Origin: a virus
Direction: 5' to 3' (one strand)
Virus record (IMG/VR): IMGVR_UViG_3300000976_000011
Coordinates: 64,001-128,000 of that record
DNA: 64,000 nucleotides
Below, piece after piece: positions 27,492 to 35,414 of this stretch. A program made the translations under genes and the position numbers. Below the pieces are notes generated by a model, which was given only the letters and a program-made list of their open reading frames with translations, had not been told where the DNA came from and did no database searches. Each line of letters starts with the position of its first letter. The stretch's first letter is position 1.

Positions 27492-28034
27492 ATGCATCAA
27501 GAATTTCAATTTCAGAATTACATCATACGCCATACTGAAAATAAAAGTATCGCTTTCCACAAAACTTTTAAAGATAGATTTCAAAAATTTGTTGGATTGG
27601 ATGCAGTATCTCAAGCCAAAGATTGGGTAAGAAATTTCTGTGAAAAATCAAGAACTTCTTGGAAAAATGTAAATCAATGTTGTATAAGTTTTAATTCTAC
27701 ATTCATTTATGATATAATGGGCGAAGAAGATTTCTTTTCATTTGATATGATTAAAGAAGCCGATGACATATTTTTTAAAGTTTATTGTGATTATAACAAA
27801 GGTCAATTTAAAACATATGGAAAATCTACTAGAAAGAAGCCTTGTGTTGGAGCCGAATGGCATGGTTCACCGAATTTAATTGAACAGAATAGATTTTTGC
27901 CAAATGCTAGATACTCTTTAGAAGAAATTGAAAATAATACTTTTAAATTAATATTTGATAGTATCATTGAAGATAAGTCCCAGAGATACTCTTTAGGTAT
28001 TCCTGGAATAATGTTTTATAGTATGAGGAAATAA
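27492..28034 (+). CDS. Hypothetical early protein
   Basis: TTTACT(27425)-N17-TATAAT promoter, GGAG RBS. Confidence 0.7.
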   Translation: MHQEFQFQNYIIRHTENKSIAFHKTFKDRFQKFVGLDAVSQAKDWVRNFCEKSRTSWKNVNQCCISFNSTFIYDIMGEEDFFSFDMIKEADDIFFKVYCDYNKGQFKTYGKSTRKKPCVGAEWHGSPNLIEQNRFLPNARYSLEEIENNTFKLIFDSIIEDKSQRYSLGIPGIMFYSMRK

Positions 28035-28037
28035 ATT

Positions 28038-28298
28038 ATGAGAAATTCTGGCTTTACTTTGATAGATCTAATGATTGTTATATCCATTATTGGAATTTTA
28101 GCTGCGGTTGATTTATACTTTCTTTATCAAGATTGGAAAAATCAAAAATTAAGCGGAGAAAATAGCCCAAATATAATTAAAATGGATAGTATATCTGACA
28201 TTACAAAAGAAGAAAGATTTGCTCAATTATTAGTTGAAAAGCATAGAATTGAAAAGGAAATAGAGAGGTTAAGTAAATTAGAGAAGCTTGTAAAGTAG
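28038..28298 (+). CDS. Prepilin-like (type IV pilin N-terminal) protein
   Basis: MRNSG/FTLIDLMIVISIIGILAAV. Confidence 0.8.
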   Translation: MRNSGFTLIDLMIVISIIGILAAVDLYFLYQDWKNQKLSGENSPNIIKMDSISDITKEERFAQLLVEKHRIEKEIERLSKLEKLVK

Positions 28299-28468
28299 GA
28301 ACATGCATTTTATCTCTTGAAGATAATAATGTAACACCTCTTATTCAAGTCAAGCAATAATATTTTACTTTTATTATTTATTAGTATATAATTAAATTCC
28401 TTATATAGATGATTTAATATTAATTTAATTGAGGAACATATTATGAATTAGTTAATAGAAATATTAAC

Positions 28469-28499
28469 AAAAATGGGAACCTAATGGTTCCCATTTTTT
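28469..28499. terminator. Bidirectional terminator between convergent units
   Basis: AAAAATGGGAAC-CTAATG-GTTCCCATTTTT. Confidence 0.75.
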
Positions 28500-28561
28500 A
28501 TTCTTCGATTTTAAATAAATTTTTAATTGTATTGAATAATTCCTTTAATCCAAATTTTCTT

Positions 28562-29002
28562 TTATCCAAAAATAAGATTATTGATATTACTCCTACACCT
28601 AGCAAGATAATTATTAATTCTTTTTCCATAACCTATCCCGGCTCCCCCAGCAAGTATAAGTTGTAACAATAAAAGATTAACGGAGATAATCCAAGAAATC
28701 TCTGCTTCCGCAATCTCGGCTATTTTAGGTAAATCAATAATCACTCGCAGACAATATAGATATGCTATTGCATGATTTATTTCATTACCTTTTAAATCTT
28801 TACATCCTATTAATGCTATAACAGCTCCAACTAAGAAAGAGAATGACGAGAAATCATTCAAATTAAAAGTTGGTAATAGAAGACCTAATGTATTTGTAGT
28901 AAAAAGAGCTATAGATACTTGTTTATTGTGTTTAAAGCATATAAAGGAAGTCAAATATACTATTAAAAATATTATGTTCTCCATCATAAAATTTGTTATC
29001 AT
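28562..29002 (-). CDS. Multi-pass membrane protein
   Basis: Several hydrophobic segments. Confidence 0.6.
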   Translation of the reverse strand: MITNFMMENIIFLIVYLTSFICFKHNKQVSIALFTTNTLGLLLPTFNLNDFSSFSFLVGAVIALIGCKDLKGNEINHAIAYLYCLRVIIDLPKIAEIAEAEISWIISVNLLLLQLILAGGAGIGYGKRINNYLARCRSNINNLIFG

Positions 29003-29319
29003 CTTCTTGTACCACCGAATCTTCTGAAATCTTCAGTTGTTAATTTACGATAACCTAAATCTTGATAACCTTCTGATAATGCTTTATGTGCTATTTCTAC
29101 TCGTTCAACCGCAGCTAAAGCTTCATAAACGTAAGATCTAATTTCACCTAAATCTACATTCTGTACTACTTCATCATCTAAATCTTTGTTAGTATCTTTT
29201 AAAGCTTGTTCTAAACAATCTAAAGCCTGATTAGTATACTTTAAATATTTTACTCTGGCTTTTGAAAGCATATATCCAGTTAATATCTGACTATCTAATG
29301 GTTCTCTTTTATCAGTCAT
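28999..29319 (-). CDS. Hypothetical helical protein
   Basis: Start MTDKRE at 29319. Confidence 0.6.
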   Translation of the reverse strand: MTDKREPLDSQILTGYMLSKARVKYLKYTNQALDCLEQALKDTNKDLDDEVVQNVDLGEIRSYVYEALAAVERVEIAHKALSEGYQDLGYRKLTTEDFRRFGGTRR

Positions 29320-29485
29320 CTTCCTTTTCCTCAAGTTTTTCAACGTCCTTTTCTAACATCTCTAATCTATATAAGATTAGTTCAATTTTACCATCGTGTT
29401 TTATCAGCATAGCAGCTCCAGCCAACAATGCTGTAAATATAATTGTAATAAAAGCTGAGCCAATCTTATCCTTTAATCCATTCAT
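29312..29485 (-). CDS. Small TM plus coiled-coil protein (57 aa, MNGLKDKIGSAFIT...)
   Basis: Not in ORF track; late-promoter-like AATAAATA upstream on - strand. Confidence 0.55.
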   Translation of the reverse strand: MNGLKDKIGSAFITIIFTALLAGAAMLIKHDGKIELILYRLEMLEKDVEKLEEKEDD

Positions 29486-29541
29486 ATTGATTGACTTAAT
29501 GTTCTCTTTTTGATTGATTTTAAATATTTATTAAAAAATGA

Positions 29542-29609
29542 TTCACTTTTCGCTATAAATTGATTATAATATTCATATTAGTTAAACAAAATAGGAAACT
29601 TATATTATG
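29542..29609 (+). promoter_or_regulatory. Early promoter cassette
   Basis: TTCACT-N17-TATAAT, AGTTAAA, ATAGGAA RBS. Confidence 0.75.
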
Positions 29610-30023
29610 ACTATCAATAAAAATACAGTAATTGAAAATCGAGACAAAATTAATGAGTATTTAAAAGCATTAGGTGATCTTTTAGATATGGATTTCCATG
29701 CTGGAAATTGTAGCTATGACGGCGATAAAGCTACTTATAAATTAGAAATGCGAGCCCGTCGAACTGATGGCAAATCAACTCAAGAAGTAGAATTTGAGAA
29801 AAATAAGTTGAGACATTTTGGCTTATTTAATGTTGAATTTGGTGATACTTTCAAAGATCGAAGAGGCGAAACTTTTTCTGTAGCTGGATGTGCAGCTAGA
29901 AGAAACAAATATTCTTTATATGGTAAATCTAATAATGGTAAAACTTATAAATTTGCTATTGAAGATGTAACATTTGACCGAGTTGGTTCTGATGCATATA
30001 TGGATGCAGATTTAGCTCAATAA
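29607..30023 (+). CDS. Hypothetical early protein
   Basis: 138-aa ORF after cassette. Confidence 0.75.
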   Translation: MTINKNTVIENRDKINEYLKALGDLLDMDFHAGNCSYDGDKATYKLEMRARRTDGKSTQEVEFEKNKLRHFGLFNVEFGDTFKDRRGETFSVAGCAARRNKYSLYGKSNNGKTYKFAIEDVTFDRVGSDAYMDADLAQ

Positions 30024-30040
30024 AATAGGAAACTTATATT

Positions 30041-30469
30041 ATGAAAGTAGCATATAATGGTTGTTATGGCGGATTTAGTCTTTCGCCTTTCGCGGAAACT
30101 ATTTACCAAGAACTTAAAGGTTTGACTTTAACTTGGTATGAGGGAATAGGTAGATATCCATACACTTCATATAAAAAGATAGACGATATTGAGTCTTATA
30201 AAAACTCTTCTATATTTGGTTTGTCTCCATCAAAGGTTGATTTAGGTGAAAATCCTAAAGAGATTCCAAATGAGCACTATTATTATAATGAGTGGGCAGA
30301 TGAAGATCGCTCAGATCCTGACTTAATAGCGGTGATTGAGAAGCTAGGTGAAAAGGCTAATGGTATGTGTGCAAATTTGTGTATTGAAGAGATTCCTGAT
30401 GGAGCAGAATATGAAATTGATGAGTATGACGGCTTCGAATCAGTAGTTCCGCCGCGCTGGCGGTGGTAA
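30041..30469 (+). CDS. Conserved phage hypothetical protein
   Basis: N.CYGGFSLS, RSDPDLIAVIE.LG, IDEYDGFESV. Confidence 0.75.
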   Translation: MKVAYNGCYGGFSLSPFAETIYQELKGLTLTWYEGIGRYPYTSYKKIDDIESYKNSSIFGLSPSKVDLGENPKEIPNEHYYYNEWADEDRSDPDLIAVIEKLGEKANGMCANLCIEEIPDGAEYEIDEYDGFESVVPPRWRW

Positions 30470-30479
30470 AATAATTGTT

Positions 30480-31100
30480 TTACTTAAATTTACAGTTAGA
30501 AAAATGATATCTTTTCATATTGCCAGTGCCGCCTTCTTTTCTACAATAAGGGCATTTAATTATTTCTTGAGGCCCTTTAGATTTTCCCTTACCACTTTTA
30601 GACATTTTCTTTCTGGTTTCCTTAGTGTGAGTTTTACCATAAAAAGGATTACCTGAACCCATTCTGTTTTTAGATTGATTTAATTTTCTTTCTTCGGAAT
30701 GTGGAATGTTTGATAAATGGTGCTCTCCTTTCTTTATTTTAAAGCTCGGATGATTCACGCCGCTTATAGACTTCACAAATTTTAATCTTGTTTCTTCATA
30801 TAAGTTAGATTTATATTTTTTATTAAAATTAGACATCATGTTCCAAGCTGCTAGCATCTTAAAAAGAGATTTACCTTTTGTAAACTTTGTTAACAAAATA
30901 TGTGCTATATAATGTTCCCTAGCTGAAAGTAGTACTAGGTTCTCAGGATCATCTGAACCGTCCATAGATCTAGGTATTATATGGTGTGATTCATAATAAA
31001 TTTCTGCAGTTTTAACTCGATTAAGCTTACTTCTAGATTCCATTAAGTTATAATACCATTTGGAATATTTGTTAATAATAAAATCTCTATGAATAAACAT
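30480..31100 (-). CDS. MobE-like HNH homing endonuclease
   Basis: YESHHIIPRSMDGSDDPENLVLLSAREHYIAH; NPFYGKTHT; CPYC..MKRYHFSNCK. Confidence 0.92.
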   Translation of the reverse strand: MFIHRDFIINKYSKWYYNLMESRSKLNRVKTAEIYYESHHIIPRSMDGSDDPENLVLLSAREHYIAHILLTKFTKGKSLFKMLAAWNMMSNFNKKYKSNLYEETRLKFVKSISGVNHPSFKIKKGEHHLSNIPHSEERKLNQSKNRMGSGNPFYGKTHTKETRKKMSKSGKGKSKGPQEIIKCPYCRKEGGTGNMKRYHFSNCKFK

Positions 31101-31110
31101 ATTTGCTCCT

Positions 31111-31198
31111 TATAAATAAAATTATGAGGGACAGCAATGATGCTCCGTTGTTTCCTTAAGCTACAACTTAAGGATTACCTCAATTTTTAATATTTATA
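31111..31198. ncRNA. HNH-associated structured element, copy 1, between convergent late promoters
   Basis: GAGGGACAGCA..GCTCCGTTGTT-[TCCTTAAG/CTTAAGGA]-TTACCTC flanked by TATAAATA and TATTTATA. Confidence 0.7.
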
Positions 31199-31730
31199 GA
31201 AAGTCTGTATTTACCATTCCCTTTTCAGTTAATATAGAAAACTGCCAACCTTTTTTCTTAGCATATATTTTAGCCGCTTTCCACTTAGCAACATTTATTA
31301 TATATGTTGTTGCTTTATCCTCCCACTTTTTAGTTTTACGTTTCGGCTTCTTGGGTTGCTGAGTTTGGTCATATGGCTTAATTTCTACTATAGCTTCTTT
31401 AATAATTCCATTCTTATCTCTGAATTTCATATATACATCCATAAAGTACCGGTGAAATTTACCTGTTGTAGGTTTCTTATAAGGTATCACAACTTCTTCG
31501 CTGGACCAAGCAATAACGTTTGGATTTCTATCCATTTTTAAGAAATAGTTCAATTCCCAGCTGCTCCGATATACTATTTTTGTATAATCACCTTTATATT
31601 TTTTAGGGTTTTTAGGTGTAAATTTACCCTGATGATTAAATAATATTATGGATATTGAAGATATTAAAAATAGAGTCTTTGGACAAGGATTAGCCCGAAG
31701 AAATAGATTCCAAGTAGAAATTCCAGGCAT
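31194..31730 (-). CDS. gp4: Head completion nuclease (start uncertain)
   Basis: GKFTPKNPKKYKGD, YRSSWE, WSSEEVVIPY, HRYFMD, EIKP..QT, NVAKW.AA. Confidence 0.9.
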   Translation of the reverse strand: MPGISTWNLFLRANPCPKTLFLISSISIILFNHQGKFTPKNPKKYKGDYTKIVYRSSWELNYFLKMDRNPNVIAWSSEEVVIPYKKPTTGKFHRYFMDVYMKFRDKNGIIKEAIVEIKPYDQTQQPKKPKRKTKKWEDKATTYIINVAKWKAAKIYAKKKGWQFSILTEKGMVNTDFL

Positions 31731-32133
31731 TCCTGAGGATTTATTGGCTAGTGAATGTAATCTTCCTGCTTTAAATATCAACACAACTCCTAATAGACAT
31801 TATCCGCCGATGCACCACGTTGCAACTGATATAGTATTTGAAGACTTAGCTATAACTTTTTACGTTGATTCGAATTATAACATACGTAAACAATTTCAGC
31901 TTTGGATCAATGAAATTATTAATATTCAGGATGGCTCGTGGAATTTCTTTGATGAATATGTAAGAGACATCAACATCTCGTTTCAAGATGAAGAGAACGC
32001 TGATAAGTTGGAAGTAAAATATATAAATTGCTTTCCGAAGTCTATAGGATCAATCGATAAATCTTATGAATCACAGAACGAAATACAAACATTTCAAGTA
32101 ATTTTTTCATATACTCAGTACCAAATACTTTAA
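31648..32133 (+). CDS. gp54: Baseplate/tail tube initiator (gp19/gp54 family)
   Basis: GLARRNRFQVEI, ITFYVD, F..W...I, FDEY, FPKSIG. Confidence 0.75.
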   Translation: MDIEDIKNRVFGQGLARRNRFQVEIPGIPEDLLASECNLPALNINTTPNRHYPPMHHVATDIVFEDLAITFYVDSNYNIRKQFQLWINEIINIQDGSWNFFDEYVRDINISFQDEENADKLEVKYINCFPKSIGSIDKSYESQNEIQTFQVIFSYTQYQIL

Positions 32134-32139
32134 AATTAT

Positions 32140-32892
32140 ATGTCATTAAAAAATATTATTAAACTGCCAACTCGCAGAGTTCAATTACCTAAAAGTAAAG
32201 ATATCATTAACGTAAGACCTTTTACTGTTAAAGAGCAAAACACGATACAAATGGGAATGAATTCAGATGATTCACATACCATATCTTCTACATTAAAAAA
32301 TGTTTTAGAGGCTTGTATATCCGAAGACATTAAAGTAAATGAAATACCTTTGATAGACGTTGAATTCATTTTTCTTCAATTGTTAAAAATATCTTCAGGT
32401 AGATATATAGAAGTTGGTTATAAATGTCTTTCAGAAATGGAAGACGGCTCAGAGTGCGGCTGGCATAATAATGTAAACTTTGATTTAAATGAAACATCAT
32501 TTGTTTTCTCAGAGTCTCCCGATAGTAAGAAATTTCAAATAACTGAAGAAGTATATTTAGAGTTTGCTAAAATAAATGCTAATGATTTATTTGACTCTTT
32601 TGGGTCTATGGCAGTTCAATCAGCTGAACCAAATGGATTAGAAGAAGCAAAAGACAAATATGTTTCATCTCTTATTAAGATCTATGATGGCGACGAAGTA
32701 CACAACACTAAAGATTTTTCTTCCGATGAAGTTTGGGAAGTTATTGAATGGATACCCACTCACGTAATTGAAGAAATCGACGAGTTTATAACTGATGTCG
32801 ATAGAATATCTTTAGTTAAAGAATTTAAATGTCAAAAATGCGGAACAGATCACAAAATAGAACATGAGGGTCTGGAAGATTTTTTAGTATAA
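32140..32892 (+). CDS. gp26: Baseplate hub subunit/chaperone
   Basis: LP..K.I.VRPFTVKE, DVEFIFLQL..S.G, C..C, EGLEDFL. Confidence 0.88.
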   Translation: MSLKNIIKLPTRRVQLPKSKDIINVRPFTVKEQNTIQMGMNSDDSHTISSTLKNVLEACISEDIKVNEIPLIDVEFIFLQLLKISSGRYIEVGYKCLSEMEDGSECGWHNNVNFDLNETSFVFSESPDSKKFQITEEVYLEFAKINANDLFDSFGSMAVQSAEPNGLEEAKDKYVSSLIKIYDGDEVHNTKDFSSDEVWEVIEWIPTHVIEEIDEFITDVDRISLVKEFKCQKCGTDHKIEHEGLEDFLV

Positions 32893-33065
32893 GCCTCGAA
32901 ATAGGGGCCGAGTCGATAGAATATTATTATAGAAATAATTGGGAATTGATAAAAGAATCTCACTTCTCATTAAGCGAATTACAGGATATGTTACCGTTCG
33001 AAAGAGAAATATATAAATCTTTATGGACAAAGGAAATGGAAAATAATGCAAGAAACAACCAATGA
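32880..33065 (+). CDS. gp51: Baseplate hub assembly catalyst; no start codon, in -1 frame of gp26
   Basis: YYRNNWELIKESHFSLSELQDMLPFEREIY; not in ORF track. Confidence 0.75.
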   Translation, partial: FFSISLEIGAESIEYYYRNNWELIKESHFSLSELQDMLPFEREIYKSLWTKEMENNARNNQ

Positions 33066-35040
33066 AATAGAAATTTTAGATTTAGCTCCAACTATAACTA
33101 AAATCAAAGATGCGTTTAGTACATCTTCTGATTCTTTTGCGCGACGCCTTAAGGATTCTCTTATATCTCTAGAAGGAAAATTAACTGAAAATATTCAGGA
33201 ATATAAGGGTATTAGAGAAGAAAGAGGATTAGGATCATCTCAAGCATTTGAAGAATATTCAGAAGAATTAAGAGATATTATTAATGACTCTAAAGCTGGT
33301 AAATCAGTAGATCAAAGAGTTGATCTAGTAGAAAAACTCAAAAAGGATCAAATAGTATTAGAAGAGCTAGCATCTAATGATGATTCTTCATTTGACTTTA
33401 ATGAATTAGATGTTCTTAAAGATGTAATGGGTGAATTAATAAAAGAAATCAATCCGAGAAATCTTTCAACCAGAATAGGCCAAACTGTAGTAGAATCTGG
33501 AAAAGAGTTTGCTTCAGGTCTTGGCGGTGAAATTGTAGGTGCAGTTGGCGATTTACAATCAAATATAATAGGTTTAGCTGATGAATTTCCTCCTGTACAA
33601 TTTGCTTTAGAAAAAACAAATCAGTTCCTAAATTTTATTATAGGTAAATTATTTTCATCATTAAAAGCTGGATTTACAAGAAGAAGAGAAGCTAAAGTAG
33701 AAGCCGATGCTATAAGGCAAAAAGCTAGAGCTCAGAAAGTTACTAAAGAGGCTCCTAAGACTGAAAAAGTTAAACCTAGTAGAGTTAAAAGAAATAAAGC
33801 TACTAAAGTTCAAGCGACTGAAATGTTAGAAAGATCTGAAATAACTGTTGTTGATATTACAAATAAATCTATCAATAAATTATCTAAAGAAATAGCTAAA
33901 AAGTTAAATAAAAAAGATAGTGATAGTAATCCTGTTCAAAACGCCTTATTAACTGCTGGTGCTCTAAGAGCAACTAGAACAGGTAGAAGAAATAAGCCTA
34001 AAGCAGGTCCTGGATTACTTGCTAGAATATTACCTATGTTAGGTATTATTGTTACTGTCGCGGCTTCAGCTTTCGGAATAATTACAACTCTTTTAGGTTC
34101 TGCTGTTGGATTATTAACATCTTTAGTTTCTGCTTTATTAGGTGGAAGATTATTTAAAATGTTAGTAGGTTTAGGTTCTAAAATATTTAAATTAGGACCT
34201 AAAATTGTTACTGGAATAGGAGCTAAATTAGGAGCCCTTTCTGCTATATTTAAAACTGGATTATCAGCTTTAGCTACAAAATTACCTGCTTCTATAAAAG
34301 GTTTATTTGGTAAAGGTCCTGGAGCTGCAGCAAAAGCTGCTTCGGTTGGTACTAAAGCTGCGGCCGCAGGCGGAGCAGCTGCCACTCTTGGTAAAGTTGC
34401 TAAAGGTGGAACAAAACTATTAAGTGTTGTGGGCAGAGTGGCTTCTAAAGCCTTGATTCCTCTAACGATTGCTGGATCAATAGGTACTGCTGCTTATAGA
34501 GGATATAAGGCATACCAAGCGGGCGGCGATGCAGGTGAAGTAGCTGCTGCAGCAGGTAAAGGAGCACTTTCGTTTGCGACAGCTGGAGCCAGCGATTTAG
34601 TATTCGATGGTGACGATGTCAGTGAGGTTAATAAAAACGATAAAAAAATTAAAGATGAACGCGAAGCTAAAATAATTCGTCTTCAAAGACAAAAAGAAGT
34701 ATTTGGTGAAATCAAACCATTGAAACGTACTAAAAGGATCGAAGGAATTAATTCAGATAAAAGAGTACAAATTGATTCTGTTGATGATTTGAGCATTAAT
34801 TATAATAATTTATCACAACCTATTATGTCGTCAAATAAGATGGAAGACATAAATCGAATGGATAGTGCTATTAATAACAGAAGAGATCAGGTTATTAAAA
34901 ACGCCGGAGCTAATAACCTGTCGTCAAAAACTATGATAAATAATAATAATGTAACCAACTCAACATATATAAATAGAGTAACTCCTGAAAATCATGAAAC
35001 AAGTTATATTGAAAAAACTAGAGAAGGTTTCGCTGCATAA
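33046..35040 (+). CDS. Tape measure / baseplate hub (gp29-like)
   Basis: Long helical, Ala/Gly-rich hydrophobic stretches, C-terminal NNNNVT; position after gp26/gp51. Confidence 0.7.
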   Translation: MQETTNEIEILDLAPTITKIKDAFSTSSDSFARRLKDSLISLEGKLTENIQEYKGIREERGLGSSQAFEEYSEELRDIINDSKAGKSVDQRVDLVEKLKKDQIVLEELASNDDSSFDFNELDVLKDVMGELIKEINPRNLSTRIGQTVVESGKEFASGLGGEIVGAVGDLQSNIIGLADEFPPVQFALEKTNQFLNFIIGKLFSSLKAGFTRRREAKVEADAIRQKARAQKVTKEAPKTEKVKPSRVKRNKATKVQATEMLERSEITVVDITNKSINKLSKEIAKKLNKKDSDSNPVQNALLTAGALRATRTGRRNKPKAGPGLLARILPMLGIIVTVAASAFGIITTLLGSAVGLLTSLVSALLGGRLFKMLVGLGSKIFKLGPKIVTGIGAKLGALSAIFKTGLSALATKLPASIKGLFGKGPGAAAKAASVGTKAAAAGGAAATLGKVAKGGTKLLSVVGRVASKALIPLTIAGSIGTAAYRGYKAYQAGGDAGEVAAAAGKGALSFATAGASDLVFDGDDVSEVNKNDKKIKDEREAKIIRLQRQKEVFGEIKPLKRTKRIEGINSDKRVQIDSVDDLSINYNNLSQPIMSSNKMEDINRMDSAINNRRDQVIKNAGANNLSSKTMINNNNVTNSTYINRVTPENHETSYIEKTREGFAA

Positions 35041-35414
35041 TGACAGACTTTAATATAAATTTTGATGCTCATCCAGTTACTGGAGATATTTCTATAGTCG
35101 ATGATATAGAATCTATACGTCAATCGATAAGAAATTTAATTCAAACGGCTTTTTATGAAGTTCCTTTTTGGCCTAATATAGGTTCTCAAATAGCTAATGC
35201 TTTATTTGAGAACTATTCACAAACTTTAACTGAATACACGATAACAAAATCTATTCAAAATGTTATTAGATATCAAGAACCAAGAGCTCGAGACGTCAGA
35301 ATTGAAGTAGATTTTAGAGCCGGAAACAGAGAAATAGATGTTATAGTTACATTTTTCCCTGTTAATTCTTCTACTAGACAAACAGTAAGAGCACCACTAC
35401 AAAGAGTAAGATAA
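35040..35414 (+). CDS. gp25: Baseplate wedge subunit
   Basis: HPVTGDI, SIRQSIRNLIQT..YE.PF.P.IGS, EPRA. Confidence 0.92.
   Translation: MTDFNINFDAHPVTGDISIVDDIESIRQSIRNLIQTAFYEVPFWPNIGSQIANALFENYSQTLTEYTITKSIQNVIRYQEPRARDVRIEVDFRAGNREIDVIVTFFPVNSSTRQTVRAPLQRVR

Noticed and set aside
29262-29513. + strand ORFs at 29262 and 28484
   Set aside because: Antisense to a coherent, overlapping - strand operon
31124-31159. Conserved leader peptide MRDS...
   Set aside because: The two copies give 11-aa and 6-aa peptides; conservation follows base-pairing, not codons
31125-31182. Known ribozyme or IscB omega-RNA identity for the HNH-linked element
   Set aside because: No CUGANGA/GAAA core, twister or HDV pairings could be built by eye; partner protein lacks RuvC motifs; a CM search is still needed
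33936-34385. 149-aa Ala/Pro-rich - strand ORF
   Set aside because: Shadow of the Ala/Gly-rich tape measure; same for antisense ORFs inside gp6, gp7, the DUF4815-like gene, ligase and 51088
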